29,932 nucleotides of DNA from a virus (lineage: Duplodnaviria > Heunggongvirae > Uroviricota > Caudoviricetes): positions 1-29,932 of IMG/VR virus record IMGVR_UViG_640753024_000007; one strand, 5' to 3'. Shown piece after piece: positions 8,256-16,967 of this stretch. The notes under the pieces are model-generated. The model did no database searches. It was not told the DNA's origin and saw only the letters and a list, made by a program, of their open reading frames with translations. Position 1 is the first letter of the stretch. Every line of letters starts with the position of its first letter. The position numbers and the translations under genes were made by a program.

Positions 8256-9267
8256 AAAGGTGAAAACCGGAAGTTCATCCAGTAAGTCTGTATTGACCTG
8301 GCTTGCTGATATGTGCGGTGCCGATTTGTGTGCATACCCGTCTGTATCTGCACTGGCAGAAGTAACGGAACTAAACAAAAAGACTGTGCAGGACAGCTTA
8401 CGACACCTGATGGAGATTGGGTTAATTGTTGATACCGGTGAGAGAAAAGGCAGAACAAAGCAAATTGTGGTGTACCGACTTATCGGTGTAGAAGAAAGTG
8501 TTGCCGAGCTTGAATACACCCAAAAACGGGAGTCTTTAAAGGTGGGTAAAATTGGTGCTGTTAATAAAAACAGTACCGAAAATGGTTATGTTTCAGCACA
8601 AAACAGACCCAAAAACGGAACTCTTAGCTGCATGGAAAATAACCAAAGACACCCAAATTTTCCATCAAAGACACCCAAAAACGGATCACGGAACCCAAAG
8701 GAACCCAAAGATCTAAACCCCACACATAACGCACGCGAGAGTGCTCCGACCAGTGAGCAGGAAGTTTTGTCGTTACAGGCAGCACCCCTTGTATTCCTGG
8801 ATGGCCTGAGCGAACCCATCGGAAAATTTCCGATGACCGATAGCTGGTATCCGTCACGGGATTTTCGACGACGGGCTGCGTTGTGGGGGATGGCTTTGCC
8901 GGAGACAGAATTTACACCTGCTGAACTTGCCGCCTTCCGGGACTACTGGGCAGCGGAGGGGAAAGTGTTTACGCAGATTCAGTGGGAGCAGAAATTCGCC
9001 CGTCACGTAAATCACGTCAGGGCGCAGGTTAAACCAGTCAGCAAGGGGGTAAACCATGCAGCAGCACCAGGTGGCACCGCATCACGGGCAGTTCAGGAAA
9101 TTCGGGCAGCACGTGAGCAGTGGGAACGTGAAAACGGATTTATCAGCGACGGAAACGGTCTGGAAGCTGTGGGAACTCATGGGGGAGGTTTATTCGAACC
9201 GCTGGACCCAGAAGAACGGGGCCGCACCTTCGAAGCTCTGGATTGTACAGATTGGCGCGATGACTGA
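8227..9267 (+). CDS. Replication initiation protein (lambda O functional analog)
   Basis: Sits before a lambda P-like gene; N-terminal HTH-like region; contains an internal iteron cluster; start chosen at ATG 8227 (MSIDALRWAKKV) rather than the ORF-track start at 8152. Confidence 0.65.
   Translation: MSIDALRWAKKVKTGSSSSKSVLTWLADMCGADLCAYPSVSALAEVTELNKKTVQDSLRHLMEIGLIVDTGERKGRTKQIVVYRLIGVEESVAELEYTQKRESLKVGKIGAVNKNSTENGYVSAQNRPKNGTLSCMENNQRHPNFPSKTPKNGSRNPKEPKDLNPTHNARESAPTSEQEVLSLQAAPLVFLDGLSEPIGKFPMTDSWYPSRDFRRRAALWGMALPETEFTPAELAAFRDYWAAEGKVFTQIQWEQKFARHVNHVRAQVKPVSKGVNHAAAPGGTASRAVQEIRAAREQWERENGFISDGNGLEAVGTHGGGLFEPLDPEERGRTFEALDCTDWRDD
8600..8715. repeat. Iteron-like direct repeats (candidate replication origin) inside the O-like gene
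   Basis: Five or more copies of (A)GAC(A)CCCAAA within about 110 bp, including a tandem GGAACCCAAAG pair. Confidence 0.5.
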
Positions 9268-9721
9268 GCAGCAAATCCGACAGGTTTGCCGCCAGTGCAT
9301 GGACCGCTGCCGGGCGGGTGAAACATGGCCTCCAGACCTGGCTGAGTTTGTGACACTGATTTCGGAAAGCGGAGCCAATTCATTCGGTCTGACGGTGGAT
9401 GCTGTGATGGAGGAGTACCGCCGCTGGCGCAATGAGTCCTGGCGATATGACGGAAGTGATAAGTACCCGTGGCCTCAGCCTGTGCTGTATCACATTTGCC
9501 TCGAGATGCGTTCAAAGGGGATTGAGCGTCAGATGACCGAAGGGGAATTAAAACGGCTTGCAGAACGGCAGCTGACGAAATGGGCAAAGCAGGTTGGTAT
9601 GGGCCGGAGTGTTCCGCCAGTCCGGCGACAACTGGCAGCACCAGAACGCCCACCGGGGCCAACGCCAATTGAGTTGCTGAAACAGGAATATGAGCGCCGG
9701 AAGGCAGCTGGTTTTGTATGA
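9056..9721 (+). CDS. Replication protein P-like (helicase loader)
   Basis: Segments EQQIRQVCRQCMDRCRAGETWPPDLAEFV and YPWPQPVLYHICLEMRS align with my recollection of lambda P; AGGGGG RBS before ATG 9056; 5' 212 nt overlap the O-like ORF in another frame. Confidence 0.7.
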   Translation: MQQHQVAPHHGQFRKFGQHVSSGNVKTDLSATETVWKLWELMGEVYSNRWTQKNGAAPSKLWIVQIGAMTEQQIRQVCRQCMDRCRAGETWPPDLAEFVTLISESGANSFGLTVDAVMEEYRRWRNESWRYDGSDKYPWPQPVLYHICLEMRSKGIERQMTEGELKRLAERQLTKWAKQVGMGRSVPPVRRQLAAPERPPGPTPIELLKQEYERRKAAGFV

Positions 9722-10146
9722 ATTGTGAAGGTGATTTTTCAGGAGGAGTTGTGGCAAAAGTATATACACCCGAACAGAGGGAGGAGCTGAAGGCTCGAAT
9801 CATCGCTCTGGTGCGCAAAAATGAACGCATGACGATGTCGCAACTGGAGAGAGCGACGGGAGCAGGCTGGCATTCGGTCCGACGTTGCCTTGTGGATGTA
9901 CTGGCTTGTGGCGATTTATACATGTCCGGGAAGTACGGTGTTTTTGCATCAGAGCAGGCGTATCGCGTATGGCGTAAGACACCGGAGAAAACAACTGACC
10001 AGACACTGATTCGAAAGTTACCAGACGGAGAAATACGTCGTTATGACAGGCACCAGAACATAATTTGTCGTGAGAGCAGGAGGAGCGAAGTTATGCAGCG
10101 TGTGCTGGCGTTCTATCGGGGAAACTTTCAGGAGGTGATGGAGTGA
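9718..10146 (+). CDS. Hypothetical protein (142 aa)
   Basis: ATGA overlap with the P-like stop; no recognised motifs. Confidence 0.6.
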   Translation: MNCEGDFSGGVVAKVYTPEQREELKARIIALVRKNERMTMSQLERATGAGWHSVRRCLVDVLACGDLYMSGKYGVFASEQAYRVWRKTPEKTTDQTLIRKLPDGEIRRYDRHQNIICRESRRSEVMQRVLAFYRGNFQEVME

Positions 10147-10439
10147 GGGTGAGAGTTTATATTGCCGGTCCAATGACGGGATATGAAAATTTCAACCGTG
10201 AGGCGTTTCACAAGGCGGAAGATGAACTGAAACGGGAAGGGCATACCGTCTTAAACCCGGCAGTACTTCCGGACGGGCTGACACAGCCACACTACATGGA
10301 TATCTGCATGGCGATGATTCGTTGCGTGGATGCGATTTACATGCTGCAAGGCTGGCAGCGGTCAGCAGGCGCTAAGGCGGAACTGGCGCTGGCGGAGAGG
10401 CTGGGGCATGCAGTTATTTTCCAGGAGGAGGTACAGTGA
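10143..10439 (+). CDS. DUF4406-family protein (nucleoside 2-deoxyribosyltransferase-like fold)
   Basis: N-terminal VYIAGPMTG signature; GTG start with an AGGAGG RBS. Confidence 0.65.
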   Translation: MRVRVYIAGPMTGYENFNREAFHKAEDELKREGHTVLNPAVLPDGLTQPHYMDICMAMIRCVDAIYMLQGWQRSAGAKAELALAERLGHAVIFQEEVQ

Positions 10440-10642
10440 ATATCGACGCAACAATGACGATTGGTACGGCCCTCAATACGGGGCTGGCGCTTCTTGGTTG
10501 GTGCTACGTCATGTTCTGCTCATGGCGGTGGCTGTCACTGATGTTACTGAAAAAATGGAATAAACGCTGTAAACAGACGCAGCGGCAGAAGGCAATGAAT
10601 GCGTTTTTTGAGACCTTCGATATTGACAGTATGGAACCATGA
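10436..10642 (+). CDS. Small hydrophobic protein (68 aa)
   Basis: GTGA overlap with the preceding stop; AGGAGG RBS; predicted TM segment LALLGWCYVMFCSWRWLSLML. Confidence 0.45.
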   Translation: MNIDATMTIGTALNTGLALLGWCYVMFCSWRWLSLMLLKKWNKRCKQTQRQKAMNAFFETFDIDSMEP

Positions 10643-10819
10643 GAGCCAGCTCGCGTGATTAGCAGAGGTGACGTTGTAATTCTTGTATACCGGAGTGAAG
10701 AGAAAAATGAGCGAAATTAACTATCAGGCACTGCGTGAAGAAGAGAAAGCATAATCCAAATCTGAATAATTAAATTCAGCACTGTAAATAAAATTTAATC
10801 CTTAACCGGAGGAGTATCT

Positions 10820-11032
10820 ATGTTAAATACACAAAAAAACATTAACGCGGAAAAATATAACGAGTGGGTGAAAAAATTTTCTGAGCAGATTTTTAAAATT
10901 ACTGGCGACGAGAATGCGGCAAAAAGTGAATTAGAACCATGGACACCTGAAGGAGCCAACCCAAATTATTGCTGGTGGGATGTTGATCCAGTTGATGCTG
11001 CAAATGAAGCCATGAGTTACCACAACGATTAA
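10820..11032 (+). CDS. Hypothetical protein (70 aa)
   Basis: GGAGGAG RBS; AT-rich; followed by a GC hairpin at 11041-11060. Confidence 0.5.
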   Translation: MLNTQKNINAEKYNEWVKKFSEQIFKITGDENAAKSELEPWTPEGANPNYCWWDVDPVDAANEAMSYHND

Positions 11033-11070
11033 TGTCAGGAGGCCGCCCGAAAGGGCGGCTGTTCCGCTGT

Positions 11071-11625
11071 TCAATTATCTAAAATTGTGCTAAATCTTTT
11101 TATTACCATTAAGAACGTTATAACAGTGATAAAAAAGGATGTATAGGCTAAAAAGCTAACAATATATGCAGGTGCGCGAAAATACCATTTCATTAAATCC
11201 ACTGCATTGTCAGGCAGGAAATATATTATCACTGAAAATATAACCAATACTATTGAAGTTAATATTGCATAAGCGACGTTGTGGCATAACTGCTCATATA
11301 TGGTTTTGTTAGTGTTTAATGATATCAATTTGTCTCGGGATTTGTTTCCTTCAATTATGTCTGATATCTTAGTGATGGTTTTTTGTTTTTGTTCATAAAT
11401 CATTATTACTGCACTCATTAATAGTGCTGTTGTAATAGCCCCGAAGTTAACGAAGACGGAAGCAATTGCCGGTTTCATTATTCCGTATGTCCGGCACAGA
11501 ACGAAAGAAAGAGATAACGGAACAATAAAATGTACGATAATGTCGCTCATCAACATTGTTCCACGCTGATCTGACATTGTTTTGTAGTGTTTTATTATTA
11601 CACCCAGCACATTTATTTTATTCAT
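11071..11625 (-). CDS. Four-TM small membrane protein, candidate effector of a two-gene module
   Basis: 184-aa ORF with four hydrophobic helices; its ATG overlaps the stop of the upstream 310-aa gene (ATGA); very AT-rich. Confidence 0.65.
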   Translation of the reverse strand: MNKINVLGVIIKHYKTMSDQRGTMLMSDIIVHFIVPLSLSFVLCRTYGIMKPAIASVFVNFGAITTALLMSAVIMIYEQKQKTITKISDIIEGNKSRDKLISLNTNKTIYEQLCHNVAYAILTSIVLVIFSVIIYFLPDNAVDLMKWYFRAPAYIVSFLAYTSFFITVITFLMVIKRFSTILDN

Positions 11626-12554
11626 ATAATCACCCCTTTGTTTCCGCTATGCAGTTCTAACAATATATCATTAGAAAGGTTTTTTATCGTGTCATGAAGT
11701 GCTGTTAGATCAGGTATGCCTGTTAATGGGTCGATTTTTAAATCATTATCATCTAACTCTGCAGAAATTCCTTTTTTTAGTATAGTCTCATAATTGAAAA
11801 CGACAGTCCGACTGCCGAGTTGTAAGCTTACTTTTATTGCATCACATTTATCTTCAATAATCTCAATGATGTTTCCTATATTCTTGTTTCTTAAATCCCT
11901 GAAACTTCCGAACATGCCATCGTTTGCTTTTATTATTAAGTCTGTCTTGATGTTTGTTTTGTTTTGACCAAAGGAATCAGCAATGTCTTTTGGTGCTTTA
12001 TATCCTTGAGCCTTAATTTGTTTTAATTCGGAATTGAGAATATATTGAGGGATTTTCTTATGATGTAATGGATTGATTCTTGCTTCGAGTTGAAATTTGT
12101 TTTTTAGATATTCAGTGATAGAATCAGAAAGGACACCTCGGGCAGAAATATTATCGCAAGAGTGGAATGCAATAATTCCTTCTTCAAGGGCGTCTGGTAG
12201 GTATATTAAAATATAACGTTCTTTGAGTGTTACATCATAAGCAGTTGTCCTGTAGTGGATTTTTTTGAGTTTTACATCTTTTATTTCACTGCTTTCTCCA
12301 TATTTCCCAACTTTTATATAACCATATATAATTTTCTTTGAGTTATCAAAGTGAAGTTTAGCGTGTTGTTCCAGAGATATTTTAGTTTTGGATACGCCAA
12401 ACTCGATGGGGGTGTTTTTATATAGAGTAAAATAATCAACAAAAAGTTCATATGCCGTTTTTTTATTACTTAAACCCAATTCATTAAGTTTTTTGCTGGC
12501 TCGACTGCCTTTATGGGTCAATACGCGGAATGAATAGAAATTAACGCTGTGCAT
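11622..12554 (-). CDS. 310-aa soluble protein of unknown function, candidate sensor/partner of the membrane protein
   Basis: AAAGGA RBS; Lys/Ile/Asn-rich, AT-rich composition unlike the flanking prophage genes. Confidence 0.65.
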   Translation of the reverse strand: MHSVNFYSFRVLTHKGSRASKKLNELGLSNKKTAYELFVDYFTLYKNTPIEFGVSKTKISLEQHAKLHFDNSKKIIYGYIKVGKYGESSEIKDVKLKKIHYRTTAYDVTLKERYILIYLPDALEEGIIAFHSCDNISARGVLSDSITEYLKNKFQLEARINPLHHKKIPQYILNSELKQIKAQGYKAPKDIADSFGQNKTNIKTDLIIKANDGMFGSFRDLRNKNIGNIIEIIEDKCDAIKVSLQLGSRTVVFNYETILKKGISAELDDNDLKIDPLTGIPDLTALHDTIKNLSNDILLELHSGNKGVII

Positions 12555-12980
12555 GAAAAGTCCTTTTGAACATATAGGAATATACTAGAACATAAATAGA
12601 TGCAATGCATAAAGGAAAAGCTACCGCAGGGCGCACTCACCCACCGATAGCTCTTAACTGCTTGTTTGTAAAAGATAATACATAAATTTGGGTCTGTGTA
12701 AAGAGGTAAGCATCGTCAGGGCAAGGGAGATGTGTTAGGCAATATTGGTAAAATTTACGTTGAGGATAAAAACGGTTTGCGGGAAAAGGAGAGTTAAGTA
12801 GAATTGCTGCGGGTGCTTGAGGCTATCTGTCTCAGGCATGAACACCAAAAGGCAGATAGAGAAAAGCCCCAGTTAACATTACGCGTCCTGCAAGACGCTT
12901 AACATTAATCTGAGGCCCAATCTATGTCTCACAAATGTAGGTTAGCCTCTTACGTGCCGAAAGGCAAGGAGAAGCAGGCT

Positions 12981-13136
12981 ATGAAGCAGCAAAAGGCGAT
13001 GTTAATCGCCCTGATCGTCATCTGTTTAACCGTCATAGTGACGGCACTGGTAACGAGGAAAGACCTCTGCGAGGTACGAATCCGAACCGGCCAGACGGAG
13101 GTCGCTGTCTTCGCAGCTTACGAACCTGAGGAGTAA
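12981..13136 (+). CDS. hokD: Hok/Gef-family type I toxin
   Basis: MKQQKAMLIALIVICLTVIVTALVTRKDLCEVRIRTGQTEVAVFAAYEPEE matches the Hok family and the HokD/RelF sequence as I recall it; AGGAGA RBS; an in-frame upstream extension from 12924 occupies the mok position. Confidence 0.85.
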   Translation: MKQQKAMLIALIVICLTVIVTALVTRKDLCEVRIRTGQTEVAVFAAYEPEE

Positions 13137-13206
13137 GAGACCTGGCGAGGGAGAAATCCCTCGCCACCTCTGATGTGGCAGGCATCCTCAACGCACCCGC
13201 ACTTAA

Positions 13207-13230
13207 CCCGCTTCGGCGGGTTTTTGTTTT
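13207..13230 (+). terminator. Intrinsic terminator at the 3' end of the hok transcript
   Basis: CCCGC-ttcg-GCGGG followed by TTTTTgTTTTT. Confidence 0.7.
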
Positions 13231-13352
13231 TATTTTCAACGCATTTGAAGTTCTGGACGGTGCCGGAATAGAATCAAAAATACTTAAGTAGCGCGCAGGG
13301 ATAAGAGGGATGGTCCCTTAAAGGGGAGAGCTAATTATCCGGAAGGATTCTG

Positions 13353-13604
13353 ATGATGAACATCGAAGAACTGCGTAAAATTTTTTGTGAAGATGGCCTC
13401 TATGCTGTGTGCGTTGAAAATGGAAATATTGTTAGTCATTACCGCATTGTGTGTTTGCGAAAGAATGGGGCTGCGTTAATTAATTTTGTGGATGGTCGAG
13501 TGACAGACGGATTTATCTTGCGCGAAGGTGAGTTTGTCACTTCATTACAGGCACTGAAAGAGATCGGAATAAAAGCTGGCTTTTCTGCTTTTTCAGAAGA
13601 ATAA
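13353..13604 (+). CDS. Hypothetical protein (83 aa; size and position recall Qin rem)
   Basis: GGAAGGA RBS; lies between hok and the DUF968 gene. Confidence 0.5.
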   Translation: MMNIEELRKIFCEDGLYAVCVENGNIVSHYRIVCLRKNGAALINFVDGRVTDGFILREGEFVTSLQALKEIGIKAGFSAFSEE

Positions 13605-13670
13605 ACTCATCTACAATCTTGCGCGGGGCTGAACTCCCGCTGAGTAACACCGTGCCACCGGAGGAAACCG

Positions 13671-13949
13671 ATGGCACGCAACGCAAAATATTACAATCAT
13701 GATAATTCGACCGTTCTTGCCCACACGCACGAGCGGTATTCTCACGCATTTAAGTCAGACTGGTACCAGCATCCCCCATGCACTGAAGAACAGGCCGAAT
13801 GGCTCATTCAGTGTTACCGTAGGCGCGGATGCGAGGTTAAAAAAGCCCTTAGCCTCGACTACCGTCACTGGATAATCTCCGTCAGTCTGCCTTACTCCGA
13901 ACGCCCACCGCGTCTGTCCCGCACATTCCAGCAACGCATCTGGAGGTAA
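13671..13949 (+). CDS. Hypothetical protein (92 aa)
   Basis: GGAGGA RBS 6 nt before the ATG. Confidence 0.5.
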   Translation: MARNAKYYNHDNSTVLAHTHERYSHAFKSDWYQHPPCTEEQAEWLIQCYRRRGCEVKKALSLDYRHWIISVSLPYSERPPRLSRTFQQRIWR

Positions 13950-13950
13950 C

Positions 13951-15000
13951 GTGCGGGTATTACTTCGACCTGTTCTGGTACCGGAACTCGGGCTGGTGAT
14001 CGTTAAGCCGGGCCGTGAATCCATGCCGGTATTCCACAATACCCGGGTACTGGTGGAGCCGGAACCGAAAAGCATGCGTAATCTGCCGTCCGGGGTTGTT
14101 CCTGCCGTTCGCCAGCCGCTGGTGGAAGACAAAACATTGCTGCCGTTTTTCAGTAACGCACGGGTGATTCGTGCTGCTGGTGGTGCTGGCGCATTGTCTG
14201 ACTGGTTACTGCGCCATGTTAAATCCTGCCAGTGGCCACACGGCGATTATCACCACAGTGAAACCGTCATTCACCGTTATGGTACCGGCGCAATGGTGTT
14301 GTGCTGGCACTGCGATAACCAGCTGCGCGACCAGACCTCAGAATCACTTGAGCAACTTGCTCAACAAAACCTGACAGCATGGATGATTGACGTCATCCGT
14401 CACGCAATAAGCGGTGCGCAGGAGCGGGAATTATCGCTGGCTGAATTATCCTGGTGGGCTGTCTGCAATCAGGTGGCGGACGCACTACCGGAGGTAGTAT
14501 TACGTCGTTCTCTGGGGTTACGTGCGGAAAAAATTCGCTCGGTGTACCGCGAAAGCGACATCATACCGGGAGAGCAGACAGCCACCAGCATACTGAAGCA
14601 GCGCACAAAAAATATTGTGCTATCGCCTCATGTCCACCGGCAACAGAACTCACCGCAGGAAAAGGCGGTGGTCAGCATTGCTGTTGATCCGGAGTCTCCG
14701 GAATCTTTCATGAGGCGACCTAAACGTCGCCGTTGGATAAATGAGAAATATACGCGCTGGGTGAAGACACAGCCGTGTGCGTGTTGTGGTAAGCCAGCCG
14801 ACGATCCCCATCACCTGATTGGTCATGGTCAGGGCGGAATGGGAACAAAATCCCACGATATTTTCACGCTACCGCTGTGTCGAGAGCATCACAACGAACT
14901 TCATGCGGATCCGCTGGCGTTCGAAGAAAAGCATGGTACTCAGGTTGATTTAATTTTTCGTTTTCTTGATCACGCCTTTGCAACCGGTGTGCTCGGGTAA
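13951..15000 (+). CDS. DUF968-family protein (YdfU-like) with C-terminal HNH-like Cys/His motif
   Basis: C-terminal CACCGKPADDPHHLIGHGQGG...LPLCREHHNELH; nin-region position upstream of rusA. Confidence 0.7.
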   Translation: MRVLLRPVLVPELGLVIVKPGRESMPVFHNTRVLVEPEPKSMRNLPSGVVPAVRQPLVEDKTLLPFFSNARVIRAAGGAGALSDWLLRHVKSCQWPHGDYHHSETVIHRYGTGAMVLCWHCDNQLRDQTSESLEQLAQQNLTAWMIDVIRHAISGAQERELSLAELSWWAVCNQVADALPEVVLRRSLGLRAEKIRSVYRESDIIPGEQTATSILKQRTKNIVLSPHVHRQQNSPQEKAVVSIAVDPESPESFMRRPKRRRWINEKYTRWVKTQPCACCGKPADDPHHLIGHGQGGMGTKSHDIFTLPLCREHHNELHADPLAFEEKHGTQVDLIFRFLDHAFATGVLG

Positions 15001-15012
15001 AAGAGGTTACTG

Positions 15013-15372
15013 ATGCGTATAGAGTTTGTTTTGCCTTACCCGCCGACGGTGAACACCTACTGGCGTCGTCGTGGCAGCACATATTTTGTTTCAAAAGCCG
15101 GTGAGCGTTATCGCCGTGATGTGGCGCTAATTGTTCGCCAGCAGCGACTGAAATTAAACCTGTCCGGAAGGCTGGCGATAAAGATTATTGCAGAGCCGCC
15201 GGATAAGCGCCGTCGTGACTTGGACAATATTCTGAAAGCACCACTGGATGCACTGACACATGCGGGGTTGCTTATCGACGACGAGCAGTTTGATGAAATC
15301 AATATTGTGCGCGGACTGCCTGTTCCTGGTGGTCGGTTGGGGATAAAAATCACAGAGCTGGAGTGCGCATGA
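15013..15372 (+). CDS. rusA: Holliday junction resolvase RusA
   Basis: 119 aa; the motif DKRRRDLDNILKAPLDALTHAGLLIDD matches the RusA catalytic region. Confidence 0.9.
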   Translation: MRIEFVLPYPPTVNTYWRRRGSTYFVSKAGERYRRDVALIVRQQRLKLNLSGRLAIKIIAEPPDKRRRDLDNILKAPLDALTHAGLLIDDEQFDEINIVRGLPVPGGRLGIKITELECA

Positions 15373-16058
15373 ATAACCAGTATTTACAGTTTGTTCGTGA
15401 GCAGCTCATTATCGCCACCGCTGATTTGAGTGGGGCAACAAAAGGTCAGCTTGAAGCCTGGCAAGAGAATGCCATGTTCGATACAGGGCGTTACAGGCGT
15501 AAAAAAATCCGGTACCGCGATGAAGTGACTGGAAAAATGATAACGCGGGATAATCCACCAATCCCGGGAAAGCAATCGCTGGCGAAAGGTTCATCAATTG
15601 CCCTGGTCAGTCCGGTTGAGTTTTCGACATCATCATGGCGACGCGCCGTTCTGTCTCTTGAAGAGCATCAGAAGGCGTGGGTGCTGTGGGTATACAGTGA
15701 AAATCCGAGTTGGGATTATCAGGTGGTCATTGCGAAATGGGCGTGGGATAAGTTTCAGGTGCATTTTGGCACCAGAAAAATTACAGGGAAAACGCTTGAG
15801 CGTCTGAAGAAATTAATCTGGCTGGCGGCGCAGGATGTCAGGGGGAGGATTACTGGGCGTGACGTCTACCAGCGACAGGAACTTGCCAGACTGTGTGGAG
15901 TTAAGCCTGACAACTGGAGCCATAATTATGCGAACTACTGGCGTGAGATGTGCGACATTTTTAAGAAACTCGATACAGAATCCTTGATTTGCACCGTGAA
16001 AATGAGATCGCAACAAAAAGCGACCTTTTCACGACGAGATATTGCAAAAGTCAATTAA
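15369..16058 (+). CDS. Late-gene antiterminator, Q-like
   Basis: ATGA overlap with rusA; position immediately before a terminator and the late region; 229 aa. Confidence 0.65.
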   Translation: MNNQYLQFVREQLIIATADLSGATKGQLEAWQENAMFDTGRYRRKKIRYRDEVTGKMITRDNPPIPGKQSLAKGSSIALVSPVEFSTSSWRRAVLSLEEHQKAWVLWVYSENPSWDYQVVIAKWAWDKFQVHFGTRKITGKTLERLKKLIWLAAQDVRGRITGRDVYQRQELARLCGVKPDNWSHNYANYWREMCDIFKKLDTESLICTVKMRSQQKATFSRRDIAKVN

Positions 16059-16105
16059 ATCGCATACATTTTATGTAAATGTGATATTTTGCCGTATAGT
16101 GTGTA

Positions 16106-16130
16106 AACCCGCTTAAATGCGGGTTTTTTG
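16106..16130 (+). terminator. Intrinsic terminator downstream of Q
   Basis: CCCGC-ttaaat-GCGGG followed by TTTTTT. Confidence 0.7.
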
Positions 16131-16202
16131 CTTAACTCTGTGGACCTTTTTATCTGTAGTTGTAAGATATGGATATTCTTACAATTTAGGTCGGTGAGCT
16201 TA

Positions 16203-16967
16203 ATGGAAGAACAGCACGGTAATTACTTTATAAAACGAATTCAGTTGATTGGAAGAGGTGCATTTGGCTTTGTTGAACACGTTAAGGTTTACAACCTCAA
16301 CAAGGGTGAATGTGGGGATTATGCTAGAAAGGTTTTAGCCCCCGAAAAACCAGAGCTTTTGGCGCAAATAGAGCAGTTTAGAAGGCGTTTTAAAAGGGAG
16401 GTCGTGTATCAATCACATTGCGTACATAGCAATATTGTTCCTATTTATTTGTGCGATTTGTTTGCCGAGAATCCATGGTTCATTATGGATAAAGCAGAAT
16501 GTGATCTTGAGCACGAAATAACGAACAACCTTCTTACAACAGATCAAAAAATTTCAATAGTGAAAATGGTATTAGATGGTGTAGCTCACATCCATGCGAA
16601 AGGCTATTTACACAGAGATATAAAACCATTTAATGTCTTGCGATTTAGCGACGGAACATACAAGGTGTCTGATTTTGGTCTGGTAAAAGATACAAATCCC
16701 GAAGGGGATACCACTAAATTGACCGAGATCGGTACCCGTATGGGAAGTACAAGATATATGGCTCCCGAGATTTTATATAATGCCGAGTATTCAGTTAAGA
16801 CTGATGTTTATGCGGTGGGGCGGTTAATTGAGGACTTAAATTTAGATGATAAAAAAATAAAGCCTATCATAGCGAAGTGTACCAGGATGGATAAAGATGA
16901 TAGATATCAGACAATAGATGATGTGGCGTTTGATTTTGTGCATTCTTTTTTAAGGAGTGAGTCATGA
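16203..16967 (+). CDS. Hanks-type Ser/Thr protein kinase (kinase domain only)
   Basis: Gly-loop GRGAFGFV, beta3 Lys in YARKVL, catalytic loop HRDIKPFN, DFG, APE; AT-rich. Confidence 0.85.
   Translation: MEEQHGNYFIKRIQLIGRGAFGFVEHVKVYNLNKGECGDYARKVLAPEKPELLAQIEQFRRRFKREVVYQSHCVHSNIVPIYLCDLFAENPWFIMDKAECDLEHEITNNLLTTDQKISIVKMVLDGVAHIHAKGYLHRDIKPFNVLRFSDGTYKVSDFGLVKDTNPEGDTTKLTEIGTRMGSTRYMAPEILYNAEYSVKTDVYAVGRLIEDLNLDDKKIKPIIAKCTRMDKDDRYQTIDDVAFDFVHSFLRSES

Noticed and set aside
9177-9923. 248-aa minus-strand ORF antisense to the P-like gene
   Set aside because: It overlaps two well-supported plus-strand genes and has an Ala/Ser/Pro-rich translation typical of an antisense shadow
11041-11060. 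GC hairpin (GCCGCCC-gaaa-GGGCGGC) between convergent genes as a bidirectional terminator
   Set aside because: No U-tract on either strand, so it is not scored as an intrinsic terminator; it may still act as an RNA-stabilising or Rho-dependent element
16059-16105. PR'-like late promoter immediately downstream of Q
   Set aside because: A TATAGT -10-like hexamer exists but has no convincing -35 and lies only about 10 nt from the terminator, so I could not support a promoter call
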